IMG/VR virus record: IMGVR_UViG_3300030380_002200
Location: 1-58,635 of that record
Length of the DNA: 58,635 nucleotides
Direction: 5' to 3' (one strand)
DNA from: a virus
Lineage: Duplodnaviria; Caudoviricetes
Shown here: positions 1-9,380 of the stretch, one piece after another
Layout: each line of letters starts with the position of its first letter
How positions within the stretch are numbered: position 1 is the stretch's first letter
Notes under the pieces: generated by a model
Told to the model about the DNA's origin: nothing
Seen by the model: only the letters and a program-made list of their open reading frames with translations
The model's database searches: none
Position numbers and translations under genes: made by a program

Positions 1-100
1 ATTGTGTCGTTTAATACGAGCACTCAGGTTACTACCTACCATGTCATTAGTATGGATGATGGTGGTGGTGTTAATACTACGCTGAACTTTAGCACCTCCA
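1..100. repeat. Terminal overlap, copy 1 (circular assembly)
   Basis: 1..100 matches 58536..58635 except at position 99. Confidence 0.95.
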
Positions 101-3100
101 ACCTTATCACAGGAGTGAGTCTAATTGATGACCTTCTGTTTTTTACTGATGACTTAAACCCTCCTCGTCGTATCAATGTTAATCGCGTTTATGGCGAACC
201 GACAAGCGGCGATATAGATACAATCACTGCTGACGAGCTTCTTGTTGTCAAGAAAGCACCCGTTACCTCTCCTGCTATTACTTCTACCTTTAATCCAAAT
301 ATCTCTTCTACGTTTATGGAAGAGAGGTTTATCTGTTTTGGATACAGATGGAGATATGACGACAACGAATACTCGGCTACGTCACAGTTTTCTACACCTG
401 CGTTTACGCCAAAAGATTTTGACTTTACACCTAAGAGCTACCTCAACGAGGGCTTTATCAATAAGCATAACAACGCTACCATTACTTACAACACGGGTAG
501 TAACCTTGTTAAAGGGATTGACATTCTGTTTAAGGAGGCCAACGACAGCACCATTAAGGTCATCGAAAAGCTCGACAAAGCAAAGCTCGGTCTTCCTGAC
601 AACAACGACCTGACATTCAATTTTAGTGACAGCAAAATCTTTACGATTCTGCCGAACTCTGAGATTCTTAGGTTGTACGACAATGTACCTCTGTTGGCTC
701 AAGCTCAAACGCTTATGGGCAACAGGCTTATGTACGGAAACTATCTTGAAGGATATGACCTTATAGATACCAACGGCAATCCTACACAGCTCAACTATAT
801 CTGCACGCTAAAGGAAGACACCCTTTCTGAGGAGGCTCTTCCTTCGGGTAATGTCTCAACAGTAGGACAGACGTATACACTCCCACAAAGCGTAACGGGA
901 GGTAGTTTGGAAACAGTTGCGGGGGCTAGACAAACAATTGACCTTACTCCTTTTTGTGTAGACGCTCAGGGCAACAGCAGGCTGACAGCAGGCAGCGTGA
1001 TGGAGTTTGAGTTTCAGATTTATCTTGAATCTTCCAACACGCAAGAGGTGGGTACGGGGCCGTTCCCGGCCCAAGTTCCTTCAGGGACATCAAGTAACCC
1101 TATAGTTGTTACAGCAACATTTACGATAAACGCCAATTACGATTCATTGGCTGATTGGATGAGCAGTGCCAACTTTCAGAACTCAGTTGGTACTCTAACA
1201 AACATTTTACCTGTATTTGATAGTGGGGGTGCTGCAACGTCTTGTCAGGGAGGTACTCTGACAGACTCTTTCAATTGCGGTAGAGAACAATCTCTTGGTT
1301 CGTTTACGTTTGTGACTTCAGGCTTTACTTCATTCACTAGCATCGCTCAACCCGAACCTGTTATTTTCAATCAATTTTCGGGCAACACCTGTCAGGTGAT
1401 ATTTCCCGGCTTGAGATATACGGACGACCCTGCATCTCCAACTAACGACTCTTTCTTTTTCTACCGCTTTTTAAGCTCTGCTTCCACTAAAGTCACATTC
1501 TTCCCTGCGGGAACTGCAGAGAGCCTTCACAGCAACAGAGGCTATGAGGTGGGTATTATCTACATGGATGAATACAACAGGTCTACTACGGCTCTTGTCA
1601 GCAATCAAAACGCTGTACATGTTCCATGCTCTGCAAGCCCGACTAAAAATCAGATTAGGGTAGAGATTCCAACTACTCAAGTTCCTCCTGCATTTGCAAG
1701 CAGATACAAGTTTGCTATTAAGCCTGATGAGGCGGGATACAACACCATCTACTCGAACACCTTTTTTGTTGACTCAACTCAGAACAGAGCGTTTATTTTG
1801 TTGCAGGGTGAGAACCCAAGAAAAGTAGAAGAGGGCGATAGACTTATTGTTAAGGCTGACACAAATGGCCCTACAGATGAGTGCATTTATGTTACTGTCC
1901 TTGAGAAAAAGGTTATGCAAGCCAATGAGCTTCCCGGTAACAACGGAGTAACGGGAACGTACATGGTGATTAGTACCGACGGTCTTGCCTTGAATCCTTC
2001 GGAAGGAACTTTCAAAGATACAGGCATGATTGAGGCCAAGGCGCAGGACTTGTTTAACATCGGTAATGATAGAACACCATATATCTTATTGCCGCTCAAC
2101 GACCCTATGGGCAACCCCGATGCGGGTCAATCGCCCGGTGGTAGCTCAGGGCCGGGTCAAGATTATGAAGTGCCTGCAGGTTCTATTGTAACAATCAAGT
2201 TAAAGGGCGACAGGAGGGGTAGCGGCAATGACTGTGAAGAGAGAAGAATCAACATTCCCAATGTTCAATACACTGTTACGCAAAACTATCCTAGTCTTTC
2301 TGATTGGTTTATTGGAGATGGGATTATTGATACCTTAATCAATGAGGACTTTTTCACAGGCGGTGCTCCCGCGTCGGATGGTCTTGTAAAAAACGCAGGG
2401 GCAGCATCCCCATCTTCTCCTAACGACCCGTCAACCATATCAGGTTCAGGGTCAGCCAATTTTGAAACGGGCAACGGGAAGGACGACATGCGCGTTGGCA
2501 ATACAAGCGACCTCGACACCATTGGCATTCCTTCGGGCTTGGCTCAAAGCGAGTTTGGTGCTTGCGTGCTAACATACCCAAGCGGAAGAAAGTATCTTGG
2601 TTTTCGTGGTACGCTGTGCTGCGGCACAAGCAACGCTAAGACTTCTAGGCTAAAAGGTCGTATTACCGTGCGTCGTGCGATTGACCGGTTAATCTTTGAG
2701 ACGCTGCCTGCTGATGCGCAGCCCGACATCTTTTTTGAGTCTTCGGTTTCGTATCCCATCACCAATGGATTCCATGAGGGAAATGTCCAAGACCAAACGG
2801 CAACTCAGTCTGCTATCATCGACACGGCATTCTATAACTGCTATACCTATGGCAATGGCGTAGAGAGCTACAAGGTGCGCGACTCTATTGTTGGTAAAGA
2901 ATTTAACCTTGGCAACAGAGTGACAGCTACTCAGAGCCAAGACTACAAGCAGATTAGAAGGTATGCCGACATCACCTATAGCGGTGTTTACAACCAAGAG
3001 AGCAACGTAAATAAAACTAATGAGTTCAACCTTGGCCTTCTAAACTTCAAGCCTCTTGAGCAGCGGTTTGGATTTATCAGAAAAATGGCGGGTCGTGAAA

Positions 3101-5274
3101 CCGACATCCTTGTTCTCCAAGAGGATAAAATTTCATACGTGCTTGCAGGTAAGAACTTGCTTTCTGATGCGGTTGGAGGTGGTGACATCGTGTCTATCCC
3201 TGAAGTTCTCGGAACGCAGATTGCTCGAACCGAAGAGTATGGTATCTCAAACAATCCTGAGAGCTATGCGGAGTACGGGTATGACAAGTTCTTTACCGAT
3301 GCCAAGCGTGGCGTTGTTATTCAGCTACGAGGTACAAATGCGCAGAGCGAGCAGCTTAATGTTATCTCTGACCAAGGAATGAGCACATGGTTTAGGGAGC
3401 TGTTTCAGGTAGCATTTGATAGACAAAAGCTCGGAGCGTATGACCCTTATGCGGGAGAGTATGTGCTTCACTCTAATACCCGACAACTGCCTGCCGAAAG
3501 AAAAGAATTTCCATGTGGTACTACGCAAACATTTACCGTCAACGGGACTACTGCAAAAGCAAACTATAACCTTGGAACAACGACGGGTGATGTCGTTGTC
3601 AACTATCAGTTTGTTGGTACAGGCACTATAAATGTCGTCAGGTTCCTTTACGATGGAGTTACTTATCAGGACACTTCGCCCACAACTTCAGGCTCACTAA
3701 CTATACCTAAGCCAAACCCTACCCCTACTACGGGTGAGTTTGCCATTAGCGGTACTGCCACTGTTATTGTTACCGTCGAGTGTCCTGACGCTGACACTCT
3801 CAGCGTCATTCAGGTTTGTTTGACAAGCTCTTCCGATGCAGGTGAACTCATTCACAATGAGTTCTCCTTTGCTCAAGGAACCTATACGTCTCCTGTGTCT
3901 TCTACACAGATTACATTAAGCAATTCAGGTATCGCTCCTGTGGTCAGTCAGTTTGATACGTTCACAGGGTTGATGGGAAGTGGGTTCATTCCAACTGAAG
4001 GCTCTACGGTGACCATGGCGGGTAACAGATTTGGTTCTGACACCTTTGTGACTCCTTTGGGAACACAGTTCTTGTTCCTTAGAACTGCGGTTAGCTATCC
4101 TAATACACCAACAGGTATCACAAACCTGCTTGCAGCCGCCTCTGCAGGTATTCCAAACATAAGCGGAGGTGTAACTGTGTCAGGTGCGGGAACGCCTTAT
4201 ACAGTAGGTAGTATTCAACAAGGCCCATCGGCAACGACAAGGCCAAACCTTTACCTTATTTATGACTACCGTCAAGGAGGCTCGGGTGTTAGCCTGTGCT
4301 ATAACGGAAGCAAGCCTGAGCTTGCGTGCTGCTGCAGAAGTACAAGAACTGTTTTTCTTGACGCACCAAATCTTGCATCAGCAACCACTATATACACCGA
4401 TGCCAACCTTACTACACCTGATATAACAGGGTTTTATTCTGATGGCAACATTGTTAGATTCCAAACAACGTCAGGGTCAACAGCTACTCTTGCGCCTGCT
4501 CAAACGTGTGTTCCTTGCGCACCAAGCTGTGGAAGTATAGTAAGAGGTACTGCAATTAAAAGCTCTTATGCAGTATGGAATTGTGATGTGGGTTCAGCTA
4601 CAGGAGCTATTGTAATTAGCTTCCCTAGTCCTCCTTCTATTCCTATTGGAATTAGGGCAACTTTCGACGGAGTTGAGTATACCACCCTTACCTCTGCTAT
4701 AACGGGTCAGCGTGGCCCCGCAGTAGCAGGAGAGCTTGTGGTGGTTGGAGAAACAGCATCTACCTGTCCTCAGATACCGGGCACGTTGAGCTTAAACAAC
4801 CTAGTCCCTAACGGTGGTAATTGGGTTACTTCTAGCGGAACCACTTCTATTACACATTCAGCAAGCAGCTTATTTATCAGCCCAAGCATCGGGAGTATTG
4901 CTATGGTTATTAACAAGCCAAATGCGACTCCCTCTACCCTCAAGCTAGAGCTTACCGCACCGTGTGGTACAGGCACAAACCTAGATGTACAAGTTGAATG
5001 TCCTCAAGCGATACCCGCAACTTCAATTGGGCCTAGACAATCTACCCAAACAGGAGCTTGTGCTAGCTCACTTACAGGTACTGCATACTTTGTTGCTCCC
5101 AACGGTACAGTCGGTGGTGCTCCGCAACTGCACAGCTTTGGTTTCAGCGACTCAGGAGCAGCGACATTCTTGAGTGGGGGTCTTTACCTGTACGATGATG
5201 GTACACCTAGTGGGGGTGTTTTCAACATGGGTGCGAATGGTATCATAACATCAATCGCCACATGCCCACCATAA
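1..5274 (+). CDS. Tail stabilization/nozzle protein (P22 gp10-like, crAss-type), 3' part; the gene starts at 58227 and crosses the circular junction (about 1860 aa in total)
   Basis: In frame with the open ORF from ATG 58227 through the 100-nt terminal overlap. Motifs (DDLLFFTDDLNPPRRIN, YDNVPLLAQAQTLMGNRLMYGNY, EYGISNNPES, FFTDAKRG) resemble crAss-like tail stabilization proteins as recalled; follows two ring-protein genes. Confidence 0.8.
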   Translation: MVSFNTSTQVTTYHVISMDDGGGVNTTLNFSTSNLITGVSLIDDLLFFTDDLNPPRRINVNRVYGEPTSGDIDTITADELLVVKKAPVTSPAITSTFNPNISSTFMEERFICFGYRWRYDDNEYSATSQFSTPAFTPKDFDFTPKSYLNEGFINKHNNATITYNTGSNLVKGIDILFKEANDSTIKVIEKLDKAKLGLPDNNDLTFNFSDSKIFTILPNSEILRLYDNVPLLAQAQTLMGNRLMYGNYLEGYDLIDTNGNPTQLNYICTLKEDTLSEEALPSGNVSTVGQTYTLPQSVTGGSLETVAGARQTIDLTPFCVDAQGNSRLTAGSVMEFEFQIYLESSNTQEVGTGPFPAQVPSGTSSNPIVVTATFTINANYDSLADWMSSANFQNSVGTLTNILPVFDSGGAATSCQGGTLTDSFNCGREQSLGSFTFVTSGFTSFTSIAQPEPVIFNQFSGNTCQVIFPGLRYTDDPASPTNDSFFFYRFLSSASTKVTFFPAGTAESLHSNRGYEVGIIYMDEYNRSTTALVSNQNAVHVPCSASPTKNQIRVEIPTTQVPPAFASRYKFAIKPDEAGYNTIYSNTFFVDSTQNRAFILLQGENPRKVEEGDRLIVKADTNGPTDECIYVTVLEKKVMQANELPGNNGVTGTYMVISTDGLALNPSEGTFKDTGMIEAKAQDLFNIGNDRTPYILLPLNDPMGNPDAGQSPGGSSGPGQDYEVPAGSIVTIKLKGDRRGSGNDCEERRINIPNVQYTVTQNYPSLSDWFIGDGIIDTLINEDFFTGGAPASDGLVKNAGAASPSSPNDPSTISGSGSANFETGNGKDDMRVGNTSDLDTIGIPSGLAQSEFGACVLTYPSGRKYLGFRGTLCCGTSNAKTSRLKGRITVRRAIDRLIFETLPADAQPDIFFESSVSYPITNGFHEGNVQDQTATQSAIIDTAFYNCYTYGNGVESYKVRDSIVGKEFNLGNRVTATQSQDYKQIRRYADITYSGVYNQESNVNKTNEFNLGLLNFKPLEQRFGFIRKMAGRETDILVLQEDKISYVLAGKNLLSDAVGGGDIVSIPEVLGTQIARTEEYGISNNPESYAEYGYDKFFTDAKRGVVIQLRGTNAQSEQLNVISDQGMSTWFRELFQVAFDRQKLGAYDPYAGEYVLHSNTRQLPAERKEFPCGTTQTFTVNGTTAKANYNLGTTTGDVVVNYQFVGTGTINVVRFLYDGVTYQDTSPTTSGSLTIPKPNPTPTTGEFAISGTATVIVTVECPDADTLSVIQVCLTSSSDAGELIHNEFSFAQGTYTSPVSSTQITLSNSGIAPVVSQFDTFTGLMGSGFIPTEGSTVTMAGNRFGSDTFVTPLGTQFLFLRTAVSYPNTPTGITNLLAAASAGIPNISGGVTVSGAGTPYTVGSIQQGPSATTRPNLYLIYDYRQGGSGVSLCYNGSKPELACCCRSTRTVFLDAPNLASATTIYTDANLTTPDITGFYSDGNIVRFQTTSGSTATLAPAQTCVPCAPSCGSIVRGTAIKSSYAVWNCDVGSATGAIVISFPSPPSIPIGIRATFDGVEYTTLTSAITGQRGPAVAGELVVVGETASTCPQIPGTLSLNNLVPNGGNWVTSSGTTSITHSASSLFISPSIGSIAMVINKPNATPSTLKLELTAPCGTGTNLDVQVECPQAIPATSIGPRQSTQTGACASSLTGTAYFVAPNGTVGGAPQLHSFGFSDSGAATFLSGGLYLYDDGTPSGGVFNMGANGIITSIATCPP

Positions 5275-5276
5275 TC

Positions 5277-5292
5277 GTGTCCTTGAAGACAC
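5277..5292. repeat. 16-bp palindrome GTGTCYTYRARGACAC copy 1 (intergenic)
   Basis: GTGTCCTTGAAGACAC, 2 nt after the tail gene stop. Confidence 0.95.
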
Positions 5293-5307
5293 ACCAAAAG
5301 AACAGAT

Positions 5308-6120
5308 ATGCCTGTACCATTAGCTAATTACACCCTGACATACGACACGGACGCACGCATTCAAGGATGGCCTTCGTTCTACAGCTACGCGCCTGACTAT
5401 ATGGTCGGGATGAATAGTTTTTTCTATTCGTTTTCAGGAGGAAATTTGTATAGGCACAGCGTCAACCCCGTAAGAAACAACTTTTACGGTGTGCAGTACA
5501 ATAGCACCGTTACCACTCCATTCAACTCACAGCCCCTCGACAACAAGCTATACAAGACGTTGGCATTGCAGGGTGCGGAGGCTTGGGCCGCACAGATGGT
5601 AACGGATATTCAGACCTCGCTTGCTATGCCTGCCGACTTCTTTGAGGTTAAGGAACAGACGTTCTTTGCTTTTGTAAGAAACCAAGACGCTAACGTCAAC
5701 TTCAGTCTCCGTTCAGCACAGGGTATTGGTTTCAGCATCGGGATAAATCCAACCGTTCCCACTGCCGTAGTCGTGGAGTTTCAACAGGGCGTAAGTCTTA
5801 GCGGTATCAATGGAACGCCTGTAAGTGGAACCAACGTGGGCGATATGCTGTACTTTGGAACAGGAACGCCAACATTGGCGGGACAGATTACTGCAGTCAA
5901 TGTCAATCCGCAGGCGGGGATTAACGAGCTTGTCGTTGACACAACCGTTACAGGAGGTAATATGCCAACTCAACCGTCATACTTCTTGGTAGCTCGCAAC
6001 CAAATTGCTGAGTCGCACGGGGTGTTGGGACACTACGCTTTGACAACCCTTACGCACCCCGGTACAACACAGGGTGAGCTGTTCGCTGTGCAGTCTGATG
6101 TAATGAAAAGCTATCCCTGA
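5308..6120 (+). CDS. Tail protein resembling the C-terminal part of crAss-like stabilization proteins
   Basis: 270 aa; GWPSFYSY, NSFFYSFSGGNLYRH and RNNFYGVQY motifs; lies in the tail module. Confidence 0.6.
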   Translation: MPVPLANYTLTYDTDARIQGWPSFYSYAPDYMVGMNSFFYSFSGGNLYRHSVNPVRNNFYGVQYNSTVTTPFNSQPLDNKLYKTLALQGAEAWAAQMVTDIQTSLAMPADFFEVKEQTFFAFVRNQDANVNFSLRSAQGIGFSIGINPTVPTAVVVEFQQGVSLSGINGTPVSGTNVGDMLYFGTGTPTLAGQITAVNVNPQAGINELVVDTTVTGGNMPTQPSYFLVARNQIAESHGVLGHYALTTLTHPGTTQGELFAVQSDVMKSYP

Positions 6121-6128
6121 TAATTCAG

Positions 6129-6136
6129 TATCTTTG
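6129..6136 (+). promoter_or_regulatory. Bacteroidota sigma70-type -7 element (TATCTTTG)
   Basis: Matches TAnnTTTG, 5 nt before ATG 6142. Confidence 0.65.
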
Positions 6137-6141
6137 TGGGT

Positions 6142-6660
6142 ATGAGTGAAGAAACTCTACCAATTCAATTGATTGCAGACATTCCTCTTCGCAGGGGTGT
6201 TATGTGGGAGAAAATTGCGGAGTTTGAGAATCAACTCAAAGACATCGAGGGAGCCATGTCGCATACGGCAGGAGACCCTCAGTCTGAAGAAATGAAAAAG
6301 GTTTTTCCGCTGAAACAGCATATTGAAGGCGGCCTTTACACGAGGGAGATTCACATGCCCGCAGGCTCTTTGGTTATCAGCATGATTCATAGGCAACAGC
6401 ATCCTTCTTTTTTGTTGAAGGGCAAGGTTTCTTACCTAACTGATGAGGGCAAAGTAGTTACTATCGAAGCACCTCACAAAATCTTTACTCAGATAGGAAC
6501 TCAAAGAGTTCTGTACATCCACGAAGACACCGATTGGTGCTGCGTATACAAGACAGATGCACAGACTTTTGAAGAGGCGGAGGCTGACGTTTACACTAAC
6601 AATTTCTACGACCTCCCTGAGAGCGTAGTAAAAGAAATAAAACTACTATGGCAGGAGTAA
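6142..6660 (+). CDS. Cupin-like (double-stranded beta-helix) protein
   Basis: GLYTREIHMPAG...IHRQQHPSFLLKGKV pattern; start reassigned from GTG 6136 to ATG 6142. Confidence 0.55.
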   Translation: MSEETLPIQLIADIPLRRGVMWEKIAEFENQLKDIEGAMSHTAGDPQSEEMKKVFPLKQHIEGGLYTREIHMPAGSLVISMIHRQQHPSFLLKGKVSYLTDEGKVVTIEAPHKIFTQIGTQRVLYIHEDTDWCCVYKTDAQTFEEAEADVYTNNFYDLPESVVKEIKLLWQE

Positions 6661-7529
6661 TGTTTGGCTTGTCGGCTGCAACACTAGCAGCCATTGGAAG
6701 TACCGCTATTGCAGCGGGTACTGCAACTTCATCCTTCATTCAAGCAGGTAAGCAGAAGAAAGCACAGCGTAGAGCTGAACGTGAGGCTTCTAAAAAGATG
6801 GCAAGCGCACGAAGGTCTCTTGAGAAAAACTACATGGAGTCGCTGTCTATCCCGCTTGAAGCATACGAGCGCGAGATGGAGGCTATCAATGTTCAGACAG
6901 CGCAAGCCACTCAAGCCGCCACAGAAGGCTCTCAGCGTGGCGTAGCTGCCACGGCAGGTCAAGTTCAGCAGGTGGCTTCAGAGGCACAGGCCGAGCAGCG
7001 CACCAAGATGGCTGAAGACCTGTTTAACCTTGAGGCTGCCACGGCTGAGGAAGCAAGCCGCTTGAGAGATATTGGTGTCAACCTCGACCTCGCTGAGGCT
7101 GAGGGCGCACAGATGGCTGCGGCTGATGCAGCCCGTGCAAGAGCACAAGCTATTAACCAAGGCATTCAAGGTGTTGGACAAACAGCTTCATCAGCAATGT
7201 CACTCGTTCCCTTGTATCAGAAGCAAAATGTTGGTGCTAGAAGAGAAGCATTAGGACAAACTACACTTAGAGGTGATGCACAGTTAGACCCATTTGGAAT
7301 GCAAGTAGCACAGGATAGTGAGGCGGCAGCTCGTGTGCAAGCAGGTTTTACAGGAAGCGGGTTTGACACGTCTAATATGACTAACAGACAGTTCAGGCAA
7401 TTTGAAAGGTCTTTGAGTCCTGCGCAAAAAGCATCTTTGTTTAGTGCAGGATACTATGACCGCTTGATGCCCGGTGGTATGGATGCCTTCTACAACATCG
7501 GTAGCGGCACAACAATAGCAGGACAATAA
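6648..7529 (+). CDS. Putative internal virion/ejection protein
   Basis: Ala/Gly-rich hydrophobic N-terminus, then Ala/Gln-rich coiled coil; first of three consecutive genes after the tail genes, as in podoviruses. Confidence 0.6.
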   Translation: MAGVMFGLSAATLAAIGSTAIAAGTATSSFIQAGKQKKAQRRAEREASKKMASARRSLEKNYMESLSIPLEAYEREMEAINVQTAQATQAATEGSQRGVAATAGQVQQVASEAQAEQRTKMAEDLFNLEAATAEEASRLRDIGVNLDLAEAEGAQMAAADAARARAQAINQGIQGVGQTASSAMSLVPLYQKQNVGARREALGQTTLRGDAQLDPFGMQVAQDSEAAARVQAGFTGSGFDTSNMTNRQFRQFERSLSPAQKASLFSAGYYDRLMPGGMDAFYNIGSGTTIAGQ

Positions 7530-9379
7530 TGGCAAAGACGTACTTTAAGGCGCAGCCTACCGCTGCAGAAACCCAAATCAATTGGGCTGAGGTCGGCAAA
7601 AACTTCAGTGACATGCTCACTGAGGAGGCCCGCGTTCGTGAAGAAAAAAAGGCCGCCATTGATGAAGCCTCTCGGCAGTATCAGCAAACCCTCAACGACG
7701 TAGACCAAGGGCAGAGTGCCACCGCCAATCAGTGGTGGCTTACCGCTGCAGGTGAGATGCAGAATCAGATGCTCATGCAGGACAGGATGCTCAAGTCAGG
7801 AGCCTTGAATCCTCGTGACTACACCGTCATGCGTCAGAACCTTGTCGATGGAACGGACGGCCTGATTGGTGTGTTCGGCAAGTTCAATGAGGAGTTCAAA
7901 GACCGCATGGATAGGTTTGAGAACGGAGAGTCGCAGGACTTGGAGCAGTGGGCTATGGCTGAGTTGGAGAACTTCGGCAACTTCCAAAATACAGCAGTCG
8001 TTGTGAACCCTGAGACGGGCATGCTTAGTGTGGCTGATGTAGATGACAACGGAGCGATTGTCAACGACCCGAACAAGATTCGTAGCGTCACTTCTATGCA
8101 GAATCTGATTGCTCGTCGATACGACAAGTACGACCTTGAGGCAGCAACCACAGAATTTGCGGGCAGTGTAGGAACATGGGACACCATCTCAAGAACTTAC
8201 GGAAGCGAACTTGCCAAGGGTCTTATCACCAAAACATCTGACCCATTCTTTAAGGGATTCACCAAGAACGAGCTTGTGTCATTGGGCATGAGCGAGGCTG
8301 ATGCCATTAAGTATGAAGCTGAACTCAACGTATATACAGCGGGTGAAGACCGATTCGTACAAGACATTATGAGCGTGTGGTCTAACACCTCATCTATCCT
8401 TACCAACAGCATGAGCTTTGCTCCGAACGGTGAGGAGTATACGTTTACGTTTGATAAAGAGGGCCGTGCTGAGAATGAAATCCTTTTGGTAAAAGACCCA
8501 CAGGGGCAACTCCGTGCTGAGTATACAGAAGAACAAGAGAAGGCTGTATCTCAAGCCATTCGTGATAGCCTACGCAACAAGCTAGACAGAGAGATTGGTC
8601 AGGCTACACCTGTAGCAGACTTTACTCGTCCGACAGCGCAGCAAGAAAAGGCAGCGGCAGGCCAAAAGGACGCTCAGGACTTGGTGGGCGTGTGGTCAGA
8701 GCTGTACTACAAGGAAGGAGAACAAAAGCAGGCATCACTCGATGCTCTTCTTTCGTCACAGAAAGCTGTTGACAGCGGCTTGATTGACATCAAAGTAAAC
8801 GACAGGGCGGTGGAGTTTGTCTATACCAACCCTGCAAAGAACAGGACTATCGCTATCCCTGAAAATCCAACGCAAGATGATTGGATTAGGGTCGGTGTCG
8901 AGCTGCACGGTATTGCAGATATTGATGAAGCAACAAGAGCAGCAGGAAGATTCCCTGAAGATGCTGAGTTCGGTGGCTTCACGGATGAGCAAGGTCAGAC
9001 CATCACGTTTGAAGCTCAAAGAGAAGGGCCAACACCTGAAGTTGACCCGGTAGTGGAGGTCGCCCGACGCACAGCTACCGCAGTCAAGGACGAGTTCTTC
9101 TTTGAACAAACGAATAATGATGTACAGGCCGATATCGAAGCTATTGTTGCTCCATTAGGATTTACAGTGTCAACCGCCACAATTGGCAATGACATTACAA
9201 TTACAAACCCTGAAACAGGGGCGACTATTACCGTCAATACCAACGAGGGGGCTGCTGAGTCGGCCAAGCAAGCACAAGCGTTAAGAGCCTTCATCAACGG
9301 ACAACTTACCAAAGCTACTTCTGAAGCATACTTGAGAGGTGAAGGTGCAGGTACAGCTACAACAGGAGAACTAGACTAA
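7529..9379 (+). CDS. Putative internal virion/ejection protein
   Basis: 616 aa, helical; TAATG-coupled to the upstream gene; position in the ejection module. Confidence 0.55.
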   Translation: MAKTYFKAQPTAAETQINWAEVGKNFSDMLTEEARVREEKKAAIDEASRQYQQTLNDVDQGQSATANQWWLTAAGEMQNQMLMQDRMLKSGALNPRDYTVMRQNLVDGTDGLIGVFGKFNEEFKDRMDRFENGESQDLEQWAMAELENFGNFQNTAVVVNPETGMLSVADVDDNGAIVNDPNKIRSVTSMQNLIARRYDKYDLEAATTEFAGSVGTWDTISRTYGSELAKGLITKTSDPFFKGFTKNELVSLGMSEADAIKYEAELNVYTAGEDRFVQDIMSVWSNTSSILTNSMSFAPNGEEYTFTFDKEGRAENEILLVKDPQGQLRAEYTEEQEKAVSQAIRDSLRNKLDREIGQATPVADFTRPTAQQEKAAAGQKDAQDLVGVWSELYYKEGEQKQASLDALLSSQKAVDSGLIDIKVNDRAVEFVYTNPAKNRTIAIPENPTQDDWIRVGVELHGIADIDEATRAAGRFPEDAEFGGFTDEQGQTITFEAQREGPTPEVDPVVEVARRTATAVKDEFFFEQTNNDVQADIEAIVAPLGFTVSTATIGNDITITNPETGATITVNTNEGAAESAKQAQALRAFINGQLTKATSEAYLRGEGAGTATTGELD

Positions 9380-9380
9380 T

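Noticed and set aside
3778-3799. GAGTGTC-N8-GACACTC inverted repeat as another palindrome copy
   Set aside because: The spacer is 8 nt instead of 6 and does not fit YTYRAR; not counted.
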